The notes under the pieces were generated by a model that made no database searches, was not told where the DNA came from, and saw only the letters and a list, made by a program, of their open reading frames with translations. A DNA stretch of 64,000 nucleotides, taken from assembly GCA_045863335.1 (NCBI GenBank), contig BTVY01000025.1:38120-102119 (forward strand), read 5' to 3'. Source of the stretch: Candidatus Hydrogenedentota bacterium (GTDB lineage: Bacteria > Hydrogenedentota > Hydrogenedentia > Hydrogenedentales > SLHB01). Position 1 is the first letter of the stretch, and each line of letters starts with the position of its first letter. This document shows, in pieces, positions 8,897 to 18,503 of the stretch. Made by a program: the position numbers and the translations under genes.

Positions 8897-10379
8897 CGCA
8901 ACGCAAGACGGCAGCGTTTCCGTGTCTTGGTGGAAGGACGGGTATCTTGCCGGCCTTCTTCTGGTCTCGCTGGGCTTCGGTCTCGCGTTCATGGCACTCG
9001 GCGTGTACAAGCCGTGGCACCAGCGCATCGCGGGCGTTGACCCGGTCGGGTATTACGCTTACGCGCGATCGCTGCTTTTCGACCAGGACCTCCAGTTTGC
9101 AAACGAGTACCGGGCGCTGAATGCGAAGGCGACGTTCACCGAAGGGTTCCTCATGAATCCCGACGGCGCGCGAACGGCGACGGGGCACCTTCCCAACCTG
9201 TTTTCCATCGGCCCCGGCATATTGTGGACGCCCTTCGTTGGGATCGCGCACGGCGTGGCACTCATCACCGGCGAGGAAGCCGACGGATTCTCGCGGCCCT
9301 ATCACACAGCGGTTTTCCTCGCGAACGCGTTTTACGGGCTGGCCGGGCTGGTCTGCACCTACCTTCTGCTGCGAACGTGGTTCTCGCAGGCGCACAGCGC
9401 GCTCGGGGCCTTCGCCGCCTGGACCTGCTCGCCCGCGCTCTACTACACCTACGGGCAGATCGCAATGGCGCACGCGGGCTCGTTCTTCTGCATCGCGCTC
9501 TTTCTGCTGCTCTGGGCGCGATTGCGCGAGCGCGACGCCCTGTGGCCGTGGGCGGTCATCGGCGCGGCGTTGGGGTTGGCGGCGCTGGTGCGTTGGCAGA
9601 ATGCCGCGTTCGGCATTGTCCCGGCTATCGACCTTCTTTGGAACCGGCGCGTGCGGGGCGTCGCGCCCTTGGCGCTGTGCGCCGGAGCGTCCATTGTGGC
9701 GTTCGCGCCGCAGATGATCGCCTGGAAATTCCTCTACGGCTCGTTCTTCACAATCCCCCAGGGCGGCGCGTTCGTCGACTGGGGACGCCCGGACGTGATG
9801 AACACGCTGTTCTCGACGGCGTCAGGCTTGATCACCTGGACGCCGCTCTGCGCGGTGGCCATTGCGGGACTGTTCGTGTGGCGGCGAGAATACCGTCCGG
9901 TGTGGGTGGCGCTCGCGGCGGCCTTTGCGGTACAGCTCTATGTGAACTCCGTCGTGCCCGACGCGGGTTGGAGTTTCGGCATGCGGCGCATGGTGAATTG
10001 CACGCCCCTCTTCGCCGTCGGGATCGCTCAACTCGCGGCGCTGATACCGGGGCGATTGCGGTGGAACGTGGCGGTCGTGTTGGCCTTGGCATTCTGGAAC
10101 TTCCTGTTCGTCTTGCAGTATTGCGGGTTCATCGACCGGTTCTACGTGGAGCGCGCGGCGCGGGAAAAGGCGGCGGAATTGAACGTGCCGGTTCAGGATC
10201 TGGTGAAGATGACCCAGTTGCCGAACGGCGAGGCCTTCGACCTGCGCGCATTCGCGAGCGAACACCGGTTTCCTCGTGGTAAAGAACTGACAGCACGACA
10301 GTTAACCACAGACAAACTCATCGTGTTTCGTTTCCTCGTCGAACGCGCGGCCTCCCCCGGAACGGAGGACGCGCCATAG
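8883..10379 (+). CDS. Polytopic membrane GT-C-type glycosyltransferase
   Basis: DPVGYYAYARSLLFDQDL loop after TM1, multiple TMs, ALVRWQN. Confidence 0.65.
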   Translation: MPSDSATQDGSVSVSWWKDGYLAGLLLVSLGFGLAFMALGVYKPWHQRIAGVDPVGYYAYARSLLFDQDLQFANEYRALNAKATFTEGFLMNPDGARTATGHLPNLFSIGPGILWTPFVGIAHGVALITGEEADGFSRPYHTAVFLANAFYGLAGLVCTYLLLRTWFSQAHSALGAFAAWTCSPALYYTYGQIAMAHAGSFFCIALFLLLWARLRERDALWPWAVIGAALGLAALVRWQNAAFGIVPAIDLLWNRRVRGVAPLALCAGASIVAFAPQMIAWKFLYGSFFTIPQGGAFVDWGRPDVMNTLFSTASGLITWTPLCAVAIAGLFVWRREYRPVWVALAAAFAVQLYVNSVVPDAGWSFGMRRMVNCTPLFAVGIAQLAALIPGRLRWNVAVVLALAFWNFLFVLQYCGFIDRFYVERAAREKAAELNVPVQDLVKMTQLPNGEAFDLRAFASEHRFPRGKELTARQLTTDKLIVFRFLVERAASPGTEDAP

Positions 10380-10471
10380 CGCCGCAAACGGTTTTTCGCA
10401 GCCTTCCTTCGTGTGCTATCATTCGCCAAACTATCTACTTATCAGGCGTTCTGCCTTGGAAGGGGTTTTCG

Positions 10472-11866
10472 ATGTCGCAGGAATTCAAACTCATCAGACC
10501 GAACTTTGTGCCGCCGCTGGACGAGGGGTATCGTCCGGCCGTGCTGGCGAACCGCGCGTTTCGCGCCGAAGTCGAGGCGTCCGGGGAGGGGGTTCCCTTG
10601 GTGCTGGGGCTGGAGCGGGCGGACGGGTCCGTATCGCGTTACGAGACGCAGGTATTTCCAGAGGGCCACGCACGGGCGCAAGCGAACCTGTTCTACGTGG
10701 AACGGCTGGTCAAGTTCCTGTTGTGGCAGCGCGGCGGCTGGAAGGTCTACGTGGGTGGGCCGCGCAGCATCGGCGAACACATCGCCACGGTATACGCCAT
10801 GGGCGGCGCGCGGGAGTTCGACTTCAAGTTTATGGGTGAGGACGTGTACGAACACACGTTCACCGTGGTTCCATGCGACGTGTCGGACGTCCCGGCGGAA
10901 AACGAAACAACGCAGGCGCTTGGGCGTCATCTGGACGGATGCCGCATCGGGTTTGACCTGGGCGCATCGGATCGCAAGGTGTCGGCCGTCGTGAACGGCG
11001 AGGCAGTGTACAGCGAAGAGGTTGTGTGGGAGCCGCGCAAGCAGACGGATCCCGCGTACCACTACAACGGGATCATGACCGCGTTGAAAACGGCTGCGTC
11101 CAAGATGGACCGGGTCGATGCCATCGGCGGCAGCTCCGCGGGCGTGTACATCAACAACCGGCCCATGATCGCATCGCTGTTCCGGGGAATCCCGAAGGAT
11201 CGCTTCGACGAGGTCCACAATCTGTTCCTGCGCATCCGCGACGAGATGGGTGTGCCGCTGGAAATCGTGAATGACGGCGAGGTCACCGCGCTCGCGGGGT
11301 CCATGTCGCTGGAAGACAACGGCGTGCTGGGGATCGCACTCGGGTCGAGCGAGGCGGGCGGCTATGTGACTATGGACGGCAACATCACGGGCTGGCTGAA
11401 CGAATTGGCCTTCGCGCCGGTGGACTACAGTCCGGACGCGCCGAAGGACGAATGGTCCGGCGATGCGGGTGTGGGCGCGTTGTACTTCTCGCAGCAGTGC
11501 GTGTTCCGGTTGGCACCCAAGGCGGGAATCGAACTGCCGAAGGACGTGACCGACGCGGAAAAGCTCAAGGCCGTGCAGGAGAAGCTGGAAGCAGGCCACG
11601 AAGGCGCGACGGACATCTGGCGGAGCATGGGCATCTACATGGGGTATACCATCGCCCACTACGCGGACTTTTACGAACTCAAACACGTGCTGGTGTTGGG
11701 ACGTTGCACGTCCGGCAAAGGCGGCGACTTGATCGTGAACGGCGCGAATGAAGTGTTGAATGCCGAGTTCCCCGAACTGGCGAAACGGATTGAAGTACAA
11801 TTGCCGGACGAAAAGGCGCGCCGGGTCGGGCAGTCGATCGCAGCGGCAAGTCTGCCGGCGATATAG
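10472..11866 (+). CDS. ROK family sugar kinase-like protein with N-terminal extension
   Basis: GFDLGASD, VNDGEVTALAG, LGSSEAGG. Confidence 0.85.
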   Translation: MSQEFKLIRPNFVPPLDEGYRPAVLANRAFRAEVEASGEGVPLVLGLERADGSVSRYETQVFPEGHARAQANLFYVERLVKFLLWQRGGWKVYVGGPRSIGEHIATVYAMGGAREFDFKFMGEDVYEHTFTVVPCDVSDVPAENETTQALGRHLDGCRIGFDLGASDRKVSAVVNGEAVYSEEVVWEPRKQTDPAYHYNGIMTALKTAASKMDRVDAIGGSSAGVYINNRPMIASLFRGIPKDRFDEVHNLFLRIRDEMGVPLEIVNDGEVTALAGSMSLEDNGVLGIALGSSEAGGYVTMDGNITGWLNELAFAPVDYSPDAPKDEWSGDAGVGALYFSQQCVFRLAPKAGIELPKDVTDAEKLKAVQEKLEAGHEGATDIWRSMGIYMGYTIAHYADFYELKHVLVLGRCTSGKGGDLIVNGANEVLNAEFPELAKRIEVQLPDEKARRVGQSIAAASLPAI

Positions 11867-11872
11867 GAAAGA

Positions 11873-11902
11873 ACACGGACTTGCACGGACGGGCACGGAC
11901 GA
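11873..11902 (+). repeat. 10-mer micro-array (xCACGGACxx) x3
   Basis: ACACGGACTT GCACGGACGG GCACGGACGA in the intergenic space. Confidence 0.8.
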
Positions 11903-11953
11903 AGAGAAGAAATAGCAACCGCCTCGATCGAACTGGCGGATAGGAGAGGACGA

Positions 11954-12802
11954 ATGAAGTTTACGTTGGAAGGCGCACAGGTATTTGTGCCCGATCATTT
12001 GCCGGTTGAGGAGGCGCTCAGCCGGACCACCCATATCGCCATCGGCGCGCATCAGGACGACCTGGAGATCATGGCGTACGACGGCATCATCAAGTGCTTT
12101 CAGCAGGAAGACAAGTGGTACTGCGGCGTCGTGGTGACGGACGGGAGCGGCTCGCCGCGCGACGATGTGTACAAGGATTACACCGACGACGAAATGCGGG
12201 TCGTGCGGGTGAAGGAGCAATTCAAGGCGGCGGTGGTCGGTGAGTACTCCGCGCAAGTCATGCTCGATTACCCGAGCAAAGCGGTGAAGGATGGCTCTGA
12301 CAAGCGGCCGGTCGAAGACATCGTGAAAATCCTTCGCGCGACGCGACCGGAGGTGGTGTATACGCACAACCTCACCGACAAGCACGACACGCATATCGGC
12401 GTGACCTTGAAAGTCATCGAAGCGATCCGGAGTCTGCCCGCCCCGGAACGTCCGCAGGCCTTGTATGGTTGCGAAGTGTGGCGGGATCTGGACTGGATGG
12501 TGGACACGGACAAAGTAGCCTTTGACTGTTCAGCCCACGAAAACTTGCAGGCGGCGCTGTTGGGCGTCTTCGACTCGCAGATCGCAGGCGGCAAGCGGTA
12601 CGACCTGGCAACCCTGGGCCGGCGCCGCGCCCATGCCACGTACCACGCGTCGCACGCCACGGACGTAACCACGGGGATCAGTTTTGCCATGGACCTAACC
12701 CCGCTCATTGACGATGCGGAGCGGGATGTGGCGGACTTCGCGCAGGAACTGATTCGGCGTTTCGCGAGCGACGTGGCGGTGCGCATCGGCAAGCTTCGCT
12801 AA
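11954..12802 (+). CDS. PIG-L family deacetylase
   Basis: AHQDDLE, VTDGS, DKHDTH motifs. Confidence 0.9.
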   Translation: MKFTLEGAQVFVPDHLPVEEALSRTTHIAIGAHQDDLEIMAYDGIIKCFQQEDKWYCGVVVTDGSGSPRDDVYKDYTDDEMRVVRVKEQFKAAVVGEYSAQVMLDYPSKAVKDGSDKRPVEDIVKILRATRPEVVYTHNLTDKHDTHIGVTLKVIEAIRSLPAPERPQALYGCEVWRDLDWMVDTDKVAFDCSAHENLQAALLGVFDSQIAGGKRYDLATLGRRRAHATYHASHATDVTTGISFAMDLTPLIDDAERDVADFAQELIRRFASDVAVRIGKLR

Positions 12803-12819
12803 ACCAGAGGGCAAGAAAT

Positions 12820-13926
12820 GTGGACTCGCACGACCGTGGCTTGCGAACGACCTTTATGTTGAGCGAGTTTCACGGTTCGTGCGCGAAGGCGATTAAGATG
12901 GGTTCCCGCTTTCGCGGGAATGACGGCGTGGGGGGGTTGCAGAATGCCTCGCTCTATCCGTCATTCCCGCGAAGGCGGGAATCCAGTGCAACGTCCGGCA
13001 CTTCCGGGGATCCCCGAAAGCGACGTCTGATCAAACAATGGCGTATCGCCGTGCTGACACTTGCGTTCGCAATCGGCGTCCTCTCTTCCACAGGTTGCTC
13101 GCCTGAGGCGGCAGTTGAAAATCCGGCCAGGCACGGCATCATCTCCATGTCGCCAAATATCACGGAGACCCTCTTCGCCCTAGGGCAGGGCGATCGCATC
13201 ATCGCGGTGACTGCGTATTGCGATTATCCGCCGGAAGTGGAATCGCTGCCGGATGTGGGCGGATACATCGATCCCAATCTCGAAAGAATCACAATGCTCG
13301 ATCCCGGGCTGATCATCCTTCCGGGCAAGCATGAGAAGGTTGCCGCACTCGCGAAGCAGAACGGATTCCCCGTGCTCCACGCGCATATGGATAGTCTCGC
13401 CACGATTCACGACGGCATTACCCGGATCGGAGAAGCGCTGGAGTGTCCGGACGAAGCAACGGCGCTGTGGAATCAGATCCAAAGCGAGTTGGATGCGATA
13501 CGCGCGGCAGTCGAAGGACAGCCGAGGCCGAAGGTCCTGTTGATCAATACGCGGTCGAACCATGACCTGAACAACCTCTTCACGGTGGGCAGCAAATCGT
13601 TTCTCTCCGAGATGCTGGACGTGGCCGGCGGCGAGAATCTCTTTGGCGATGAAACGGTGGACTATTTCGAGGCCTCCAAGGAATCGGTGGTCGTGCGTGC
13701 ACCCGACGTAATCATCGAGTGTCATGCGGGCGAAGGGCTCTCGCAAGAGGAGTTGCAACAGTATCGCGACGACTGGAACGCGCTGCCGTCGTTGCCTGCT
13801 GTCGAGTCGGAGCGTATCTACTTGTTTGAGGAGTCCTACGCGTTGCGGCCCGGACCGCGCATAGCATTGATCGCCGCGCAGTTCGCGCGCTGGTTGCATC
13901 CCGACATTGAGATCCCCGCGCCATGA
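12820..13926 (+). CDS. BtuF-like helical-backbone ABC substrate-binding lipoprotein (cobalamin/iron chelate); start uncertain
   Basis: IISMSPNITETLFALG, CDYPPE, PNLERI, RPGPR; lipobox-like STGC. Confidence 0.85.
   Translation: MDSHDRGLRTTFMLSEFHGSCAKAIKMGSRFRGNDGVGGLQNASLYPSFPRRRESSATSGTSGDPRKRRLIKQWRIAVLTLAFAIGVLSSTGCSPEAAVENPARHGIISMSPNITETLFALGQGDRIIAVTAYCDYPPEVESLPDVGGYIDPNLERITMLDPGLIILPGKHEKVAALAKQNGFPVLHAHMDSLATIHDGITRIGEALECPDEATALWNQIQSELDAIRAAVEGQPRPKVLLINTRSNHDLNNLFTVGSKSFLSEMLDVAGGENLFGDETVDYFEASKESVVVRAPDVIIECHAGEGLSQEELQQYRDDWNALPSLPAVESERIYLFEESYALRPGPRIALIAAQFARWLHPDIEIPAP
12901..12985. repeat. Inverted doublet of dRS3-like palindromic repeat (CCGTCATTCCCGCGAAGGCGGGAATCCA family)
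   Basis: Arms 12901-12926 and 12958-12985; same family at 43232-43321. Confidence 0.85.
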
Positions 13927-14726
13927 CGCGCGTGTTGCGCTCGGAGAATGTGACCTTCGCCTATGAACCGGGAACGGACGTGATCTCCGGCGTCGGCGCG
14001 TCCGTGGAGAGCGGGACGATCACGGGGCTCGTCGGGCCGAATGGTTCAGGGAAGAGCACGTTGCTGCGCGTTTTGGCGGGATTGCTGCGGCCGCGATCGG
14101 GAAGCATTCTCATCGACGAGCGGCCGTTGAGCGTCGTATCAAACCGCGAACGGGCGCGCATCATGGGGTTTCTGCCGCAAGCGGTGAATCCGGTGTTCTC
14201 GCTGAACGTGTTCGAGGTGGTATGCCTGGGACGCTATCCGCATCTTGGCGCGTTGGGCGCATTGCTGCCCCACGACCGGACTGTGGCGCACCGCTGTTTG
14301 CGCGATACCGGCACCGAGGATCTGCACAACCGCAATTTCATGTCCCTGTCCGGCGGTGAACGTCAGCGGGTGTTGCTGGCGAGCGTGCTGGCGCAGGAGC
14401 CGGACCTGTTGTTGCTGGACGAACCGACCTCGTCGCTGGACATCCATCATCAGATCGAGATTTTCGCGCTGCTGCGGCGGCTGGCGTCGGAAGGCTACGG
14501 CATCGGCGTCGTCACGCACGACCTTAATCTTGCAGCGCGATTCTGCGATCGATTGTATCTGTTGTCGCACTTGTCGACCGGCCTCATCGCTTCCGGTGAA
14601 CCGGGTGCGGTGCTGACCGAGGAACTACTGTCGAAGGCCTACGACGCGCCCATTCGCGTGTGCCGCCATCCCCTGACGGGCGCGCCGCTGATCACGGCGG
14701 AGGAACCTGCGGAGTCAGCGCCATGA
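13923..14726 (+). CDS. ABC ATPase, FepC/BtuD-like
   Basis: GPNGSGKST, LSGGERQR, LLLDEPT. Confidence 0.95.
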   Translation: MTRVLRSENVTFAYEPGTDVISGVGASVESGTITGLVGPNGSGKSTLLRVLAGLLRPRSGSILIDERPLSVVSNRERARIMGFLPQAVNPVFSLNVFEVVCLGRYPHLGALGALLPHDRTVAHRCLRDTGTEDLHNRNFMSLSGGERQRVLLASVLAQEPDLLLLDEPTSSLDIHHQIEIFALLRRLASEGYGIGVVTHDLNLAARFCDRLYLLSHLSTGLIASGEPGAVLTEELLSKAYDAPIRVCRHPLTGAPLITAEEPAESAP

Positions 14727-15757
14727 CGAGAAGTACACGCAGATGGCTGACCGTCGCGGTGGCGCTGGGCTCCGTCGTGCTCATGACGGCCAGTCTGCTC
14801 ATCGGCACGGAAACCCTGAGCGTCGGGCGCATTGTTGCGGAATGGCGCGCGGGAGAAGCGATCAACGACTCGCCCGCGCTGAGCATCCTGTTCAACCAAC
14901 GCATGCCGCGCACGCTGGTGGCGCTGATCGTCGGGTGCGGTCTGACCATTGCGGGATGTTCCTTTCAGGCCTTGTTGCGGAATCCACTCGCGACGCCGTA
15001 CACCTTGGGCATTGACAGCTTCGGGGCCTTCGGGGCCTACGCGGCAACGATCTTCGGATCGGCAGCGGGCTGGACGGCATTTGAGATCGCGGGCTTCTCC
15101 CATGTGCAGGCCTCGGCCTTCGCCTTCGCCACCTTCGACGTGCTGCTGATTTACGGCATGGCGACGCGCAAGACCCGCATGGCGCCGTCGGTGTTGTTGC
15201 TCGCGGGCGTGACGCTGGGTCTGCTCGCGGGGTCCGGCATTCTGTTCCTGCGCTACCTCGCCCGTCCGGAGCAATTGGTCAACATGGACCGCTGGCTCAT
15301 GGGCGGCGTCGACGTGATCGGCTACGAGCCCGTGCTGACGCTGCTCATCGGCGTGGTGCCGTGCTCGATCGTTTTGCTGGCGCAGGCGCCGAAGTTCGAC
15401 CAGCTCGGGTTTGGCGAGGAGATGGCGGCCGGCCGCGGCGTGAACGTGCGGCGTCTGCAACTGACGACGTTCCTCGTGTGCTCGCTCATGACCGGGATCA
15501 TCGTGTCCAAAGTGGGCCCCATCGGGTTCGTCGGGCTCATCGTCCCCCACGCGGTACGGTCGATCACCGGGTCGCGCCATCGCGTGCTCATGCCCGTGAG
15601 TATGATCGCGGGCGGGGCGTTTCTCTGCGCCTGCGATATCATCGCGCGGAAGTTTATGACGGGAGAGACGCCGATAGGGATTATCACGTCGCTGATTGGG
15701 GCACCGTTCTTTTTGTATTTGTTGACGAGAAGGCGGTTTACGGATTGGGAGACGTAG
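14723..15757 (+). CDS. FecCD/BtuC family ABC permease
   Basis: RMPR, FQALLRNPLATPYTLG, GPIGFVGLIVPH. Confidence 0.95.
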   Translation: MTRSTRRWLTVAVALGSVVLMTASLLIGTETLSVGRIVAEWRAGEAINDSPALSILFNQRMPRTLVALIVGCGLTIAGCSFQALLRNPLATPYTLGIDSFGAFGAYAATIFGSAAGWTAFEIAGFSHVQASAFAFATFDVLLIYGMATRKTRMAPSVLLLAGVTLGLLAGSGILFLRYLARPEQLVNMDRWLMGGVDVIGYEPVLTLLIGVVPCSIVLLAQAPKFDQLGFGEEMAAGRGVNVRRLQLTTFLVCSLMTGIIVSKVGPIGFVGLIVPHAVRSITGSRHRVLMPVSMIAGGAFLCACDIIARKFMTGETPIGIITSLIGAPFFLYLLTRRRFTDWET

Positions 15758-15760
15758 GGA

Positions 15761-15847
15761 ATACGGACCTACACGGACCTACACGGACCTACACGGACCT
15801 ACACGGGCAGACACGGACAGACACGGGCAGACACGGGCAGACACGGT
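15761..15847 (+). repeat. Tandem 10-mer array (ACACGGACCT / ACACGGGCAG), about 9 units
   Basis: Directly visible, between the convergent permease and four-helix-bundle genes. Confidence 0.95.
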
Positions 15848-15904
15848 CGGTGATCTCGCGAGGAACCGCGTCGCCGTGTGCGATGGACGGCGAATTGAAT
15901 TCCC

Positions 15905-16603
15905 CTATTCTTTCCGCTTCTTCCGTCGCCGTTCGGTGCGGATGCGGTAGAGGCGTTCTGAGAAGCCGCCTTCTTCGGTGAAGGTCTCGCCCTGGGAGTC
16001 GACCTGGCGTTTGAGGAGGTAGCTGGCGAGGTTGATGAGGGATAGGGCGGCGTTCGCGGCGAGGATCGCGGAGGGCGGGGTGGAAGAACACGGACGTACA
16101 TGGACCGACGCGGACGCACACGGACGTGGGGACTCCACTTGATCCGATTTGTTCTTTCCGTCCGTGTTGGTCTGTGTGGGTCCGTGTAGGTCCGTGCGGT
16201 GGAACTTCAGTTCGTCGGCCACCCAGGCCTGCACCTCCTGGAGTGTGGCACAGCGCCGCTTCTTGAAGCGCTGCAACGCCGGATGATCCGGCGGGTACTC
16301 GGGTAGACCCCGCTGCCGGAGGAAATCTTCGTAATCATCGTGCAGTTCTTCCAAACTGCCACGCGCAATGTTGGTCAGAAACATCTCTGACTTTTTCGAT
16401 GTGGCGGAATCGATGCTGCCTTCGGCGATGTTTTGCACGCCAGAGCGCGCGGCTTGGACCATTTGATCGTGGGTGCGACCTCGTTTCTCAAGGTACAACT
16501 CGCAGAAACGAAATGTTACGTCGTAGATCAACCGGGCGACTTGGAAGGACTTGAGGCTCCGGTAACCTCCATGGTTGGGGATGAGTTTCTCGTCGTCGGA
16601 CAT
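15905..16603 (-). CDS. Four helix bundle suffix domain protein (23S rRNA IVP/Avd-like fold)
   Basis: GGYRSLKSFQ, RTHDQMVQAARSGVQNIAEGS, ARGSLEEL..DYEDFLR; suffix AANAAL...EEGGFSERLYR. Confidence 0.9.
   Translation of the reverse strand: MSDDEKLIPNHGGYRSLKSFQVARLIYDVTFRFCELYLEKRGRTHDQMVQAARSGVQNIAEGSIDSATSKKSEMFLTNIARGSLEELHDDYEDFLRQRGLPEYPPDHPALQRFKKRRCATLQEVQAWVADELKFHRTDLHGPTQTNTDGKNKSDQVESPRPCASASVHVRPCSSTPPSAILAANAALSLINLASYLLKRQVDSQGETFTEEGGFSERLYRIRTERRRKKRKE
16088..16199. repeat. Inverted pair of 10-mer arrays inside the four-helix-bundle CDS
   Basis: 4x ACACGGAC-like (16088-16127) facing 4x GTCCGTGT-like (16160-16199). Confidence 0.85.
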
Positions 16604-16870
16604 GACAATCCCTCTATGGCTATGACAAAGCCAAATCGCGAAAATCAGATTAAATTCATCCGGCGTGCTGAATCAATCAGCGCCACTCCAATCCTACACT
16701 CACATTGATTTCCCTTCTCCTCCCCCGTACCATATGGGGCTATTCTGTTTGCCGGGGCTCTCTCGTGCGCATACTTCTTGTCCCTGTGATGAAACGCGTT
16801 TCGGGTATTGGGGATTAGAAGTATTGCAGCGAAGAGCCGGGGCGCGGTTGGACCGCAACGTGGAGCATTC

Positions 16871-18172
16871 ATGAGACGCAATATCGTACATATGGGCGCG
16901 GGGAGTCTGAGCTACGAGATCCGGGAGATCGTGGCGGTGGCCCGGCAGATCCGCGCCATGGGCATGGAAATCACCTGGGAGAACATCGGCGATCCGGTCC
17001 AGAAGGGCGAGAAGGTCGCGCCGTGGATTCGCGAGATCGTGCATGACCTCGTAGAGCAGCACGATTCCTGGGCGTACTGCGATTCGGCGGGCGTGCCGGC
17101 GACGCGGGAGTTTCTGGCGTCCAACGTGAATGTGCGCAAAGGCGGAGTCCAGATTAGTTCCGACGACATCATGTTCTTCAACGGACTCGGCGACGCGGTG
17201 AGCAAGGTGTACGGTTTCCTGCGGCGCGAGGCGCGTGTGTTGGGGCCTTCCCCCGCGTACAGCACGCACTCGTCGGCGGAGGCGGCACACTCCGGCTACA
17301 ACCATGTCACGTACAACCTCGATCCGTACAATGGCTGGTTGCCGGACGTCGAGGACATCCGCAACAAGGTAAAGTACAACGACTCCATCGCGGGCATCCT
17401 GATTCTGTCGCCGGACAATCCGACGGGCGCGGTGTATCCTCGTGAGATGCTCGAGGAAATCGCTGGGATCGCGCGCGAGTACAAGCTGTTCATGATCACG
17501 GACGAGATCTACGTCCACATCGTATACAACGGTAGTCCCCGGATGCATATGAGCGAGTGGATTGGCGACGTGCCGGCGCTCGCGATGCGCGGCATCAGCA
17601 AGGAATACCCCTGGCCGGGTTCGCGCTGCGGCTGGCTGGAAGTGTTGAACAAGGACAAGGACGAGAACTTCGCGACCTATGTGAACAGCCTGCTCGCGGC
17701 GAAACGGTTGGAGGTTTCGTCCACCACGATGCCGCAGATGTCCATTCCGCGCGTTATGGGCGATGCGCGGTATCTCGATCACTTGAGCACGCGCGAAGCA
17801 CTGTTTGATGGGCGCGCCGACGAGGCCATGAAGGCGTTCGAAGGCTGCGACGCGGTTATCACGAACAAGCCGGGCGGCGCGTTCTATTTTACGGTAATGT
17901 TCAAGGACGGTGTGCTGAACCAACAGCAGACGCTTCCCATCGACAACCCGAAGATCAAGGCGCGCATCGAGGAACTGGTCAAGAACGTGGCGCCGGACAA
18001 GCGGTTCGTCTACTACCTCATGGGCGCGACGGGAATCGTGGTCGTGCCGTTGACGGGGTTCCAGTGCGACCACGACGGGTTCCGCATGACGCTGCTGGAG
18101 TCGGACGACACGAAGCGCGCCTGGATCTTGAAAACCCTGCGCGACGCCATCGACACGTACATCGCTTCTTGA
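16871..18172 (+). CDS. PLP-dependent aminotransferase class I/II (AlaA-like)
   Basis: ENIGDP, SPDNPTG, DEIY, GISKEYPWPGSRCGW. Confidence 0.9.
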   Translation: MRRNIVHMGAGSLSYEIREIVAVARQIRAMGMEITWENIGDPVQKGEKVAPWIREIVHDLVEQHDSWAYCDSAGVPATREFLASNVNVRKGGVQISSDDIMFFNGLGDAVSKVYGFLRREARVLGPSPAYSTHSSAEAAHSGYNHVTYNLDPYNGWLPDVEDIRNKVKYNDSIAGILILSPDNPTGAVYPREMLEEIAGIAREYKLFMITDEIYVHIVYNGSPRMHMSEWIGDVPALAMRGISKEYPWPGSRCGWLEVLNKDKDENFATYVNSLLAAKRLEVSSTTMPQMSIPRVMGDARYLDHLSTREALFDGRADEAMKAFEGCDAVITNKPGGAFYFTVMFKDGVLNQQQTLPIDNPKIKARIEELVKNVAPDKRFVYYLMGATGIVVVPLTGFQCDHDGFRMTLLESDDTKRAWILKTLRDAIDTYIAS

Positions 18173-18175
18173 AGT

Positions 18176-18396
18176 ACATCCCCCTTGATCCCCCTTCGAA
18201 GGGGGAGTTGTGCTCCGCGCCGTAATCGGCACGCACGGGGGCTAACGTGACCATCGACGACGCGGGATCGTCCGTTTCGCAATGCGTCGCATTGCGGTTG
18301 CCTGCGTCGCTGGCTTTGAAGCCGAATCAGCCGCTGCCTGATCCACAACCTTGGGCTCGCCAAATTCCCCCTTCGAAGGGGGACAAAGGGGGATGT
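18176..18396. repeat. REP-like inverted doublet, family ACATCCCCCTTGATCCCCCTTCGAAGGGGGA
   Basis: Arms 18176-18206 and 18366-18396; same family at 28303-28467 and 29603-29769. Confidence 0.9.
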
Positions 18397-18503
18397 TTCT
18401 TCGTCGCGCGACGGCATTGGCGGTTTGTGGTTGGCGGCGAGAAGGAGCAAAAGCCGGCGCGGCCGATTGATTTCGCCGAGGCTTCGCCGTAGCATCTTCG
18501 ATT

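Noticed and set aside
12803-13040. Cobalamin riboswitch upstream of the BtuF-like gene
   Set aside because: No B12-box or other recognisable conserved elements; the structure is explained by the dRS3-like doublet.
15761-15847. CRISPR array
   Set aside because: Units are contiguous 10-mers with no unique spacers, and there are no cas genes in the window.
15905-16603. Diversity-generating retroelement (Avd-like gene)
   Set aside because: No reverse transcriptase and no TR/VR pair seen in the window.
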